NCBI GenBank assembly: GCA_001774685.1
Contig: MFAS01000001.1
Location: 415,557-479,556 of the forward strand
From: Candidatus Collierbacteria bacterium RIFOXYD2_FULL_45_13
GTDB lineage: Bacteria > Patescibacteriota > Microgenomatia > UBA1400 > MFAQ01
Reading direction: 5' to 3'
Length of the DNA stretch: 64,000 nt
A model generated the notes under the pieces. That model was not told the origin of the DNA, did no database searches, and worked only from the letters and a program-made list of their open reading frames with translations. The translations under genes and the position numbers were made by a program. This document shows, one piece after another, positions 45,467 to 54,590 of this stretch (position 1 is its first letter; each line of letters begins with the position of its first letter).

Positions 45467-46463
45467 TTAGTCCTTCCTTTATTTCCACCATGCCTTCCAC
45501 GTTTTCTCCTACAATGATCTCCACTTTTTTCGAAATACCATTATCCAACATGGTGACATAGTGTTTTCCGTCGATCTTTATGATATACGCTTCGGGTATG
45601 GCCAGCACATTCTTGTTCTCCTTAAGAATGAAGTTTACATCGCCCGTCATACCCATCTTAATGGCCTCTCGGGTCCCACCTGGATCAAAATTAATTACCA
45701 GCTCATATACAGTCCCGGACTCTCCCTCTTTTGGTACAAAACCGACTCTTTCAAGTTGGGCTTTATATTCCTGTTCCGGAAAAGAATCCAACATAATAGT
45801 TCCGGTCATTCCGGACTGGAGGGCGGGAACTTCTGTCTGATCCGCTGTTGCCGAGAAATAAAGGCTAGCCGGATTCACAATACTAAAGACCGCGCCAGCC
45901 GGGGTAATATTCGTCCCAGGTTGGGGTACGTCTACCTTAGTTACAATTCCCTCGAAGGGGGAGAAGATAGTGGCAAACTTGATGGCCAAATTTTTCGCCT
46001 CAAAAGCCAGCACGGCGTTATTTAGATCAAACTGATTTTTGTCCAGTGTTCTTTTGACCGCGTCTCTGGCGGCATCTGTCATTCCTCTTGTCTGCCAATC
46101 TTTGTTGTCGTCCACTCCTTGTTCAAAATCCCATCTTTCTTTCAGAAAAAGATTCATATATTGATTAAGGCTATTGGTCAGTTCTCTCTTGTCCAGCGAA
46201 GCTAACGCCTGATATTTTTTGACCGTGTCTCCTTCTTTCACACCCACCCAAGTCAACAGTCCGGAAGTTTGAAATTTGACGTCGGCCTTTTCTTTAGCAT
46301 CAACTTCACCGGAAAGCGAAAGTGTGTCGGTTAGGTCGTGTTTTATTACAGTGTAGGTTCTAGACTTCAGCTCGCTCGCCTGTGCGTTTCTCCACAGCAT
46401 AAATCCTCCACCGGCCAACAGGCCAATAAAAAAAATCCACCAAAAACGTTTCACGAACTTCAT
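45435..46463 (-). CDS. Efflux periplasmic adaptor (HlyD/MacA-like membrane fusion protein)
   Basis: N-terminal TM, biotinyl/lipoyl-like hairpin 'VKEGDTVKKYQALASLD', beta-barrel C-terminus. Confidence 0.75.
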   Translation of the reverse strand: MKFVKRFWWIFFIGLLAGGGFMLWRNAQASELKSRTYTVIKHDLTDTLSLSGEVDAKEKADVKFQTSGLLTWVGVKEGDTVKKYQALASLDKRELTNSLNQYMNLFLKERWDFEQGVDDNKDWQTRGMTDAARDAVKRTLDKNQFDLNNAVLAFEAKNLAIKFATIFSPFEGIVTKVDVPQPGTNITPAGAVFSIVNPASLYFSATADQTEVPALQSGMTGTIMLDSFPEQEYKAQLERVGFVPKEGESGTVYELVINFDPGGTREAIKMGMTGDVNFILKENKNVLAIPEAYIIKIDGKHYVTMLDNGISKKVEIIVGENVEGMVEIKEGLNENDVIYNQP

Positions 46464-46547
46464 TACTTCATTTTATCTAATTCCAACTGGAAAAGCCAAC
46501 AGCGAATATTTCTTATATATAAACGGAACATAAGATAGAATATCTTC

Positions 46548-47657
46548 ATGACTTCAGATTCTCAGATCGATCTAGCCAGCCTCAAAAATAGGGCCAAGGA
46601 TATCGTCGATAAGCTAAACTTACCGGCTCTTCGTTTGGATTTGGAAAAGTTGACTTTTGAGTCGGGGCTGCCGGGTCTCTGGACGGACGAAGCTCACGCC
46701 AAGGACGTTATGTCTCGTGTGGCTGGTGTTCGCGGCTCCATCGAATCGGCTGAAAGGTTGATGGCCGATCTGCAAAGTCTGGGGGAACTTCTGGAAATGT
46801 CAAAAACCTCAGAGGATGAAAGTATGAATAGAGACATCAAGATTCTCTACGAAACTTTACAGAGAAGTGTCGAAAAGATGGAACTCATTACCTTTCTTTC
46901 CGGTATTTACGATTCTTCGGAGGCCGTTTTTTCCATCAAAGCCGGACAGGGAGGTACCGAAGCTATGGACTGGGCGAGCATGCTTAGCCGGATGTATACT
47001 CGTTTTTTTGAGAAAAGAGGTTGGAGTTACGAAACGGTAGAATACTCGCCCGGGGAAGAAGCCGGGATTAAATCTGTCACCTATATTGTGCACGGCCGTT
47101 TCCCCTATGGATATTTGAAAAATGAAAAAGGTACCCACCGCCTGGTCCGGCAGTCTCCGTTCAACGCCGACAAACTGCGACAGACCTCGTTTGCCGGAGT
47201 TGACATCACCCCTCTTCTTCCAGAAGAAGCCGAGGTGGAAATCCGTGACGAAGATATCGAGTTTGAGGCGAGCCGTTCTAGTGGTGCAGGAGGTCAAAAC
47301 GTTAATAAAGTCAGTACGGCTGTTCGCATTAAGCATCTTCCTTCTGGCATCGTCGTCGAGTGCCAGACTCAGCGCTATCAGGATGCGAACAGAAAAATTG
47401 CCATGCAAATACTCAAGTCGAAACTTTGGGAAATTCAGGAAGCCAAGAGACAAGAAGAATTAAACAAAATAAAGGGCCGTGCTACGATCGCTAGTTGGGG
47501 GCACCAGATTCGTTCTTACGTTCTTCATCCTTACAAGCTGGTTAAAGATCTACGCACTGAGTATGAAGAGACCAATCCGGACTCCGTTCTCGATGGTAAC
47601 TTAGATGGCTTTATCGAGTCAGAACTAAAGTACTTCGCCACCACCTCACCACCATGA
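46548..47657 (+). CDS. prfB: Peptide chain release factor 2
   Basis: 'SPF' tripeptide (RQSPFNA) and GGQ ('SGAGGQNVNKVSTAVRIKHLPSG'). A single uninterrupted frame, so no programmed +1 frameshift. Confidence 0.9.
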   Translation: MTSDSQIDLASLKNRAKDIVDKLNLPALRLDLEKLTFESGLPGLWTDEAHAKDVMSRVAGVRGSIESAERLMADLQSLGELLEMSKTSEDESMNRDIKILYETLQRSVEKMELITFLSGIYDSSEAVFSIKAGQGGTEAMDWASMLSRMYTRFFEKRGWSYETVEYSPGEEAGIKSVTYIVHGRFPYGYLKNEKGTHRLVRQSPFNADKLRQTSFAGVDITPLLPEEAEVEIRDEDIEFEASRSSGAGGQNVNKVSTAVRIKHLPSGIVVECQTQRYQDANRKIAMQILKSKLWEIQEAKRQEELNKIKGRATIASWGHQIRSYVLHPYKLVKDLRTEYEETNPDSVLDGNLDGFIESELKYFATTSPP

Positions 47658-47709
47658 GTGTCGGGGGAATCTATATAATTAAGTTTCAATATATTTGATA
47701 AGATAAGTC

Positions 47710-48255
47710 ATGGAAATAAAGACAATCGATCTTGATAGAGCTGACCCCGTTACTCCTAGAGTTGATGAAGTTCCGGTCTATCAACCGAAAATTACTAACA
47801 AAAGCATGATCTCTAAATCAAACATCCTCACCGTAGTTACTTTTATTATTGTGGCGGTTGCCGGTTTTTATACCGGAGCCACTCTAAAAACTTCTCTTGG
47901 TGGTAAAACGGCCGGAAGTACCTCGGGAGATTTGAAGAACATCCAAGCCGAAGTACCGGTCACAGGGGTCAAAGTCGGAGACATCTATGGTTCCCCGGAT
48001 GAAAAGGCTTTCAACACCACCGCTACCGGCGTGCTCGACAAAGGCGGTCTCAACGGAGAAGGTACTCACAAGCTGGTACGCCCCGGCGGTCCTTCTCAAA
48101 CTGTTTACATGACCAGTTCCGTAATTGATTTGGATACTCTCATTGGGCACCAAATCACTGTCTGGGGAGAAACATTCAAAGGCCAAAAGGCTGGTTGGCT
48201 AATGGATGTCGGTCGTGTTAAGGTTGAAAACCTGAACATGCCCTTACCAAAATAA
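47710..48255 (+). CDS. Membrane-anchored hypothetical protein
   Basis: N-terminal TM 'ILTVVTFIIVAVAGFY', Gly-rich domain. Confidence 0.45.
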   Translation: MEIKTIDLDRADPVTPRVDEVPVYQPKITNKSMISKSNILTVVTFIIVAVAGFYTGATLKTSLGGKTAGSTSGDLKNIQAEVPVTGVKVGDIYGSPDEKAFNTTATGVLDKGGLNGEGTHKLVRPGGPSQTVYMTSSVIDLDTLIGHQITVWGETFKGQKAGWLMDVGRVKVENLNMPLPK

Positions 48256-48262
48256 CGATCCC

Positions 48263-48306
48263 GTCATTGCGAGTTTCGTACTCGAACCGTGGCAATCTCA
48301 CTCCAC
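48263..48306. repeat. Dispersed repeat copy D
   Basis: GTCATTGCGAG at 48263-48273 and GGCAATCTCACTCCAC at 48291-48306. Intergenic, upstream of ftsE. Confidence 0.8.
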
Positions 48307-48344
48307 ACAGTCAACGATAATTAATAATTAGACGGCATACAACC

Positions 48345-49133
48345 TTGATTGATTTTTCCCATATTACCAAGTCGTACCCCAATGGCGATGTGGTTCTGAA
48401 TGATGTAAATTTTTCCGTCTCACCTGGAGAATTTGTCGTGATCACCGGTAAGTCCGGAGCCGGGAAAACTACCTTGGGGCGTTTACTTATTCGCGATCTT
48501 CTTCCCATCAAAGGGAAAATAGTTATCGATGGTGAAGATCTTAATCAGATTAAACCGAAAAATATACCCCTGATCAGAAGAAAGGTGGGGTTCGTCTTTC
48601 AAGATTACAAAATTATTCCGGATAAAACTATCGGTGAAAACATCACTATCGCCTTGGAGATTGGTGGATACAACCGCAAAAAAATCCAGGAAAAGATTAC
48701 GGAATTACTCAAAATTGTTGGGATACCGGGTAAAGAGCATTTATTTCCTGGTCAACTATCCGGTGGAGAAGTTCAGCGAGCCGCTATTGCCCGAGCCATC
48801 GCTTGCGAGCCGGCCATTTTATTCGCCGATGAACCTACAGGGAACCTTGACAAAGATACCTCTGTTGAAATCTTTAACCTCCTCAAAAAAATCAACGATG
48901 GTGGTACCACCGTTATCTTGGCCACTCACGATGTTACCTTGATCGGTTTGAACCCGGATCGCAATATCCATCTGGAAAAGGGTAAGATAGTTTCAGATGT
49001 CGATGGCAAACCATCCAAATCGGAGCCATCTTCCGATTCCTCGTCATTGCGAGAAGGTACTCCGACGTGGCCCGCTGGTCCCCGAAGGGGGAAATCTCAC
49101 TCCACCAAGCGTAAAATAAATATCAATAAATGA
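48345..49133 (+). CDS. ftsE: Cell-division ABC ATPase FtsE (with ~35-aa C-terminal extension created by an in-frame repeat)
   Basis: 'GKSGAGKTT', 'LSGGEVQRAAIARAI' and 'LFADEPTGNLD'. The C-terminal 'SSLREGTPTWPAGPRRGKSHST' is the translation of repeat copy E. Stop overlaps the ftsX start (ATGA). Confidence 0.85.
   Translation: MIDFSHITKSYPNGDVVLNDVNFSVSPGEFVVITGKSGAGKTTLGRLLIRDLLPIKGKIVIDGEDLNQIKPKNIPLIRRKVGFVFQDYKIIPDKTIGENITIALEIGGYNRKKIQEKITELLKIVGIPGKEHLFPGQLSGGEVQRAAIARAIACEPAILFADEPTGNLDKDTSVEIFNLLKKINDGGTTVILATHDVTLIGLNPDRNIHLEKGKIVSDVDGKPSKSEPSSDSSSLREGTPTWPAGPRRGKSHSTKRKININK
49043..49105. repeat. Dispersed repeat copy E (long variant, inside ftsE 3' end)
   Basis: GTCATTGCGAG at 49043-49053, extra GC hairpin CCCC-GAAG-GGGG, right motif AAATCTCACTCCAC at 49092-49105. 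Confidence 0.75.
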
Positions 49134-50035
49134 ACACCGCTCTAAAAAATATCCGCCGCTCGCCCTTTCAAGCCTTGTCTGCTGTTTTTATTATTAGTCT
49201 GACCCTCTTCGTAGTTGGCATCTTTACCCTGGTCACTCTAGCCTCTCACGTTATCCTACTCAATTTCGAAACCAAACCCCAGATCATTGCCTACCTTAAA
49301 GATGGCCATACTACGGACCAAGTAGCCGGGCTCATCAGCACCATGACTTCTACCCAAGGCGTCAAAAATGCCGTGTACATCAGTAAGGCAGAAGCCTTGG
49401 AGATTTACAAAAAGAGCGTCGGCAATGACCCGGTATTGTTGGGCACCGTTACGGACTGGGGGATTGTCACCGCCGATATCCTCCCGGCCAGCGTCGAAAT
49501 CACCGCTTCCGATCCAAGTGCTTTCAATACTATTGTTTCTATCATGGAGAAATCAGACATTGTCAGCGCCACGCCACAAGGAAAAAAAGAAATCGACTTT
49601 CCCCAGGACGTCATTTCTGAGCTTACCAAATGGACCAACGCCATTCGCGGAGCCGGACTGATCCTCATCATCGCTCTGACATTTGTTTGTATTTTGACCG
49701 TCATGATTATTATTTCCATGAAAATTTCGGGCAGAAGGACTGAAATTAGCACCCTCAAACTTTTGGGAGCTCAAAACCTCTACATCATCAAGCCTTATAT
49801 TACCGAATCTCTTATCTACGGCTTATTGGGAGCCTTCTTCGGTTGGACTCTTAGCTACATCGCCCTTCTTTATTCCACCCCCTTTCTGGCACCCAGGCTT
49901 GGAGGCGTCATTTCTTTCCCCATACCTTACTGGATCAACCTTTCCCTCCTGGTTGGTTTACTGGCTTTTGGTTTAATCCTGTCTCTCATCTCTAGCTTTT
50001 TTGCCGCCGCTAGATTTGTCAAGAGATCAAGATGA
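49130..50035 (+). CDS. ftsX: Cell-division permease-like protein FtsX
   Basis: N-terminal TM, periplasmic domain, three C-terminal TMs. Adjacent to ftsE. Confidence 0.85.
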   Translation: MNTALKNIRRSPFQALSAVFIISLTLFVVGIFTLVTLASHVILLNFETKPQIIAYLKDGHTTDQVAGLISTMTSTQGVKNAVYISKAEALEIYKKSVGNDPVLLGTVTDWGIVTADILPASVEITASDPSAFNTIVSIMEKSDIVSATPQGKKEIDFPQDVISELTKWTNAIRGAGLILIIALTFVCILTVMIIISMKISGRRTEISTLKLLGAQNLYIIKPYITESLIYGLLGAFFGWTLSYIALLYSTPFLAPRLGGVISFPIPYWINLSLLVGLLAFGLILSLISSFFAAARFVKRSR

Positions 50036-51249
50036 AAAAAGTTTGTTTGCTACTTGCCGCCTTATTTTTTCTGATGGTCCCCACGAAAATATTTGCGGTT
50101 AATTGTGATGATAAGCCAGCCGACAATCTTAGTCAAACTGACCTGGAGACCTTTTGGAAAGATGTCAGTACTGCATGCGCCACCCAGATTGCCCAAAACC
50201 GAAATGACCAAAACACTCTCAAGCAAGCAATCTCGTCTCTAAACGCCAAAATCAACTTGACTCAAGCCCAGATAAATCAAACTACGGTTCAAATTGCCTC
50301 ACTAGAAAAAGATATTACCGTCTTGAGTGGCGTCTTGGAGACAGTCAATCAATCAGTAATCGAACTCACACAAATATATCTGGCACGGGTAAAAGAAAGT
50401 TATCGACGCACACGGATCACTCCTGTCGATCTGATTTTTTCGACAAATTCTTTTGGTGACTACTTTACAAAACTCAAATACCTAAATTCTCTCAAGGCTA
50501 AAGATCAGCTTATCCTGGCAGAACTGGAAAATTCGCGAAAAGATTACGACTTACGCAAACAAACGAAAATCACAAAACAACTAGAAATTGAAAAGCTCAA
50601 GACAAAGCTCATCACACAGCAAAAGGTTATAGTGACCCAGCAAAAAGACAAACAAAGCCTGCTCGCTTCGACGCAAAATGATGAAAAAAGATTTCAAGAT
50701 CTTCTAAAACAGGCTAATGCTCAAGTCGCGGCCTTCAAGAAATTTACTTCTGGAGCAACTCCTCTATCCAATCAGACTCATTGCGATGGCTGGGGTTGTT
50801 ATTACAGTCAGCGTGATTCGGCCTGGTTTTATCACAATATTGGCAACTCCCCCGAAATTTTGGGTCAAGTTGGGTGTTTGATAACCTCCACCGCCATGGT
50901 TGCTTCTCACTATGGTAAAAGTTTAAAGCCTAGTGATATCGCCAGTAGCAACGAACCCTTTTTCCTGGACACTGCTTATATGAAATTTGACCCATGGTCT
51001 GTCAACGGTGTCCAGATAATTCGATCCACTATCAGTAAAGACAAGGCCGACGAAGAGATCAATGCCGGTCGGCCGGTAATCGCCGGTCTCAATACGGGTA
51101 ATGGAACCCATTTCATCGTTCTGAAAGGCAAAGATGGCGACAACTACATTATGAATGATCCTTATATGGAGAATGGCTATGATAAGCCATTTTCTGGCAC
51201 ATATAATCTAAACCAGGTTTTTCGATTTGATAAAGTTTCTGTCAATTAA
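50032..51249 (+). CDS. Secreted coiled-coil + CHAP/C39-like cysteine peptidase (PcsB/EnvC-like putative FtsEX-activated cell-wall hydrolase)
   Basis: Signal peptide, ~230-aa coiled coil, C-terminal domain with Cys in 'GQVGCLITSTAMV' and His in 'GTHFIVLKG'. Overlaps the ftsX stop. Confidence 0.55.
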   Translation: MKKVCLLLAALFFLMVPTKIFAVNCDDKPADNLSQTDLETFWKDVSTACATQIAQNRNDQNTLKQAISSLNAKINLTQAQINQTTVQIASLEKDITVLSGVLETVNQSVIELTQIYLARVKESYRRTRITPVDLIFSTNSFGDYFTKLKYLNSLKAKDQLILAELENSRKDYDLRKQTKITKQLEIEKLKTKLITQQKVIVTQQKDKQSLLASTQNDEKRFQDLLKQANAQVAAFKKFTSGATPLSNQTHCDGWGCYYSQRDSAWFYHNIGNSPEILGQVGCLITSTAMVASHYGKSLKPSDIASSNEPFFLDTAYMKFDPWSVNGVQIIRSTISKDKADEEINAGRPVIAGLNTGNGTHFIVLKGKDGDNYIMNDPYMENGYDKPFSGTYNLNQVFRFDKVSVN

Positions 51250-51252
51250 TCT

Positions 51253-51543
51253 AAAAAAAAGAAGCCTCCCGTTACACGGGAGGCTCTCACCAATAAGAGT
51301 CGACTTCAGAAGTTCACCCCCCAGTGGAGGGCACCTTTTTGAACCAGTCGATAATACGGTTCAAACGCGGTACTTCTTTGTCAACTTCTCCCACCGGAAG
51401 GTGGAATCGGGCTTAAAACCCGGGCACGGAGTCGCACCGTGCACTAAAGGCAAGCTCCGGGAACAAGGCTAGGCACTGGAGGTCGGGAAACCCGAACTCT
51501 ATATACACCCAAACGCCCCATGCCCAGACCGCCTTTTAACAAC
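51253..51543 (-). ncRNA. Candidate ~290-nt structured ncRNA (unassigned family)
   Basis: Minus strand. Consensus promoter TTGACA-16-TATAAT (plus coordinates 51576-51549). GC-rich body with hairpins CCACC-GGAA-GGTGG, GCACGG-AGTCGCA-CCGTGC and TCGGG-AAA-CCCGA. Ends in the terminator GCCTCCCG-UGUAA-CGGGAGGC plus UUCUUUUUUUU. No credible ORF. Confidence 0.4.
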
Positions 51544-51548
51544 TTTGT

Positions 51549-51576
51549 ATTATAAGCCCAAGTTTCTCATTGTCAA
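51549..51576 (-). promoter_or_regulatory. Consensus sigma70 promoter overlapping helicase stop codon
   Basis: Minus reading: TTGACA (plus 51576-51571), 16-nt spacer, TATAAT (plus 51554-51549). Confidence 0.5.
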
Positions 51577-54461
51577 GCCTTTTTAAGGACTTCTTTCAGC
51601 TTCAATCCTATCTTAGAGACCCCCTTTTCTTCCGTTACACTCAGCACTTCCACGCGGACCAGGTCACCTATACTCAGGATGTCGCTCGGCTTGTTTACCC
51701 ATGTGCCCATCTTGGAGATGTGGATCAGGCCTTGGTAGCCAAGATCCAGGGAAACAAACGTTCCGAAAGCCGCAAAATTGACTACTCTTGCTTCCAGAAG
51801 TTGTCCAACTTTGTACCGGTTTATCGGGCTATTTTCCGGAATAGCCAGGCTCATCCTAATGCTCTGACGTTCCTTGTCGAACTCGATCACCTTAGCTTTG
51901 ATAGACTCACCGTGACGAATTACTTGGGTAGCGTCTTTGATGAACGAGCTCTTGTTGATTTCACTGACATGGATATAGACATTCATATTTTCCGGAGTAT
52001 TGGCAAAGACGCCTCCACTGATGACGGATTTAACTTTCACTTCCAGAACCCGTCCCAAAGGATAAGTCTTGGCCATGCTTCTTTCCCAATCTTCCTCGAC
52101 CAATGCGATGGCCTCCTCGAGAGTCAGGTCCATCCCTTCGAAAACCCGGGCACAGGCCTCATCGGCATCATCGTTTGCGTCCAATCCAATCAGCTCTCTC
52201 GCCAGTGCAAGCGACGAAAGATTGTCAGCAACGCTTTTTGCTACCGCCTTTTTTCGTTCTGCCGGTAAGAACATCTGATAAGTAGCGCTCGTACCGCTAT
52301 CAGCAGAAATCTTCGGGTTGTAGGAATACCCGCTTTCGGCCACTTCTTTGTAAGGTATGCAATAAGCCAAAATCATTCTTGCCCGGTTAAGCAATCGGAA
52401 ATCAATTTCTCGGAAGTTGCTATCTTTTTTGTGGGTATTCAACAGTCTTAGTATCTGATTCCGCTCGGTGTCAACCTCTTCAATTACCTGCATATTTACG
52501 TAGTATTCTGCACACCAGATTTCCCGGCGTTCGGCCAAACTCTGTTTCTTCACCGATTTTTTCTGACGTTCGGGCGGACTGATCCACAATTGGTAGAGTT
52601 TCAAAATAAACTCCACGTCGTCTTTGCAGTTTTTCCAAAGTAGCTGGTGGGCTATTTTAGCCTTTTGAGCTTCTTTTTTATCCCAATCGTCATTCGATGT
52701 CAACAAGTATTTGTGACCACCATTCTTAATGACCGGCAGTAATGTAGCTACCTCCACTGCACAGCCAAATCTATCGGAAAGAATAATAAGGTCGGTCAGT
52801 TTGCTGGTGTAAGCAAACTCCCTGAGCATAGATCCGTACTCCGTGAGCATCTCATCTTCGTCGATAGCCTTACTCGCCTTTAGTGAGGTAAGCGATCTGG
52901 AAAGTTCGGCTTCTTTTGGTTTTTCAATCCAACCCTCACCGAGGTCATCCACGCCCAATCTTTTTAGAAGCAAGACGATTTCTTCCATAGACGATCTTTG
53001 AATCGCCGGAATGGGGAAGGGGAGCATCGATTTAAACTGTTCTTCCGAATACAAGCAATAAACATCACCTGGTGCAGTTCTTCCCGAGCGTCCCCATCTT
53101 TGTTTAGCGTTTGCTTGGGAAATTAGAGTCAGACCGACTTTGGTTTCCAAAGTCTCCGACCTCCAGTTGGCTTGATTTTCAACTCCGGTTTCTACCACAT
53201 AGACAACCCCGGAAACCGTCACCGACGCTTCGGCGACATTAGTACTGACGATCACACGAATCTTGCCAGAGTTTGAATCTCTCAGAACAACATCCTTCAC
53301 TCCCTTATCCAGGTCGCTGTAAAGAGGATAAACTTCGACCTTATCTCGAAGGTTGTCACTCTGCCCAATCGCTTTCTTCAATCCCGACACGGCTTCCTCA
53401 ATCGGTTTTACTCCTTGAAGAAAAGCCAGGATGTTTCCCTTAACTTTTCTACCGGAGAGTTGCTCGTTGAGTAACCACATTACCTTTTTTGTCATGGCCG
53501 AAACAATCAAGTTCCTTAAATGTGGTGGGTTGTCGTAGGGCAGCTTTTCACTTTCGGGAGCAAAATTAACCTTGTATTCAAACTTTCTTTTTGCTTCAAA
53601 CTCGATAATTTTGGCCGTATCACAGCCAAAGTAGTTTAGGAAAAGATTTTTGTTGATCGTCGCACTGACGATTAGCACTTTTAAATGGGGATAAAGCGGC
53701 AATTGATCTTTCAGAAGCCGCAAAATGATATCGATGTTCTCCGATCTTTCATGAGCTTCATCGATCATCACCACACTCAAGTCCGACAGCTGACCTTTCA
53801 TAATCATATTGATCAGACTTCCGTCGGTAGCCAAAAACGCCGCATTAAAACGATCGGTATTTCGGTCCTTACTGTACCGGTATCCAATATCAAAACCCTT
53901 ACCGACAGTCGATCCAAGTAGCACCCCCATATATTCTGCAATGGAGGTAGTGGCTACGATTCTCGGCTGGGTGATCAGGATTTGGCCGTCACGGATAAAG
54001 AAATCTGCGGGCACTCCTTTTGGAGGAAAAATCAGCCAGTAGGGGAGGGCCGTGGACTTTCCGGATCCGGTCTCCCCGATAATAATGGCTACCTGATGGT
54101 TCTTATCTTTTAACCACTGATAAATTTCTACAATTTTATCCGGAGTAGCCCCAAATTGAGTTTCATCAAAGGTGGACGGTTTCTCCACTTTCGTATGGGG
54201 TCTCTGCGGATGATAAACCATCCCCAATTCTCCAGGGAGAGCGATCGAGAGATCCTCTCCAGGGAGTGTCTTCACCGAGAAATAAGCCGCTCCCATCGTC
54301 ATTTTTTCCAAGAGTAGTGCTTTGCGGCACTCTTCACAATATTCCGGGCGTGACTGCCCATACTCTTTAATTTTTTCGTACATCATTCCGGAGTATCCAA
54401 TTTCAATTCCACACCTCTTACACTTGACCGTATACTCTACCGTTGTTCTGGTCATTGTCAC
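51573..54461 (-). CDS. DEAH-box ATP-dependent RNA helicase (HrpA/HrpB-like) with N-terminal zinc ribbon and C-terminal tandem S1 domains
   Basis: 'GETGSGKST', 'DEAHERS', 'SAT', 'QRWGRSGR'. N-terminal CxxC...CxxC. C-terminal S1-like repeats 'GRVLEVKV...' and 'GQLLEARVVNF...'. Confidence 0.85.
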   Translation of the reverse strand: MTMTRTTVEYTVKCKRCGIEIGYSGMMYEKIKEYGQSRPEYCEECRKALLLEKMTMGAAYFSVKTLPGEDLSIALPGELGMVYHPQRPHTKVEKPSTFDETQFGATPDKIVEIYQWLKDKNHQVAIIIGETGSGKSTALPYWLIFPPKGVPADFFIRDGQILITQPRIVATTSIAEYMGVLLGSTVGKGFDIGYRYSKDRNTDRFNAAFLATDGSLINMIMKGQLSDLSVVMIDEAHERSENIDIILRLLKDQLPLYPHLKVLIVSATINKNLFLNYFGCDTAKIIEFEAKRKFEYKVNFAPESEKLPYDNPPHLRNLIVSAMTKKVMWLLNEQLSGRKVKGNILAFLQGVKPIEEAVSGLKKAIGQSDNLRDKVEVYPLYSDLDKGVKDVVLRDSNSGKIRVIVSTNVAEASVTVSGVVYVVETGVENQANWRSETLETKVGLTLISQANAKQRWGRSGRTAPGDVYCLYSEEQFKSMLPFPIPAIQRSSMEEIVLLLKRLGVDDLGEGWIEKPKEAELSRSLTSLKASKAIDEDEMLTEYGSMLREFAYTSKLTDLIILSDRFGCAVEVATLLPVIKNGGHKYLLTSNDDWDKKEAQKAKIAHQLLWKNCKDDVEFILKLYQLWISPPERQKKSVKKQSLAERREIWCAEYYVNMQVIEEVDTERNQILRLLNTHKKDSNFREIDFRLLNRARMILAYCIPYKEVAESGYSYNPKISADSGTSATYQMFLPAERKKAVAKSVADNLSSLALARELIGLDANDDADEACARVFEGMDLTLEEAIALVEEDWERSMAKTYPLGRVLEVKVKSVISGGVFANTPENMNVYIHVSEINKSSFIKDATQVIRHGESIKAKVIEFDKERQSIRMSLAIPENSPINRYKVGQLLEARVVNFAAFGTFVSLDLGYQGLIHISKMGTWVNKPSDILSIGDLVRVEVLSVTEEKGVSKIGLKLKEVLKKA

Positions 54462-54540
54462 ACTCCTTTTGTTGTCAATGTTCGGTCATCCTTGAAGGAT
54501 GCTCTGATTCTACGCCCAAGCCATCAAAAAACAAATAGCC

Positions 54541-54578
54541 ACAAAAACAAAAAACCGAGGGTGAATATTCACTCTCGG
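54541..54578 (-). terminator. Intrinsic terminator ending the 3-gene operon
   Basis: Minus reading: CCGAGAGTGAA-TAT-TCACCCTCGG followed by TTTTTGTTTTTG. Confidence 0.65.
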
Positions 54579-54590
54579 TAGTCACACGGG

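Noticed and set aside
46548-47657. Programmed +1 frameshift in prfB
   Set aside because: The RF2 ORF is continuous from its ATG with no internal in-frame UGA and no SD-CUU-UGA motif.
51253-51576. Assigning the candidate ncRNA to RNase P RNA, tmRNA, SRP RNA, 6S RNA or a cobalamin riboswitch
   Set aside because: I looked for P4 strands (AGGAAAGUCCGGGCUC / ACAGAAnCCGGCUUA), tmRNA 5' GGGGCUGAUUCUGGAUUCGACGGG, the tag-peptide reading frame and SRP GGAAGCAGC. I found only partial, mis-ordered resemblances (AAUCGGGCUUA, GGUGGAAUC). This is not enough to call a family.
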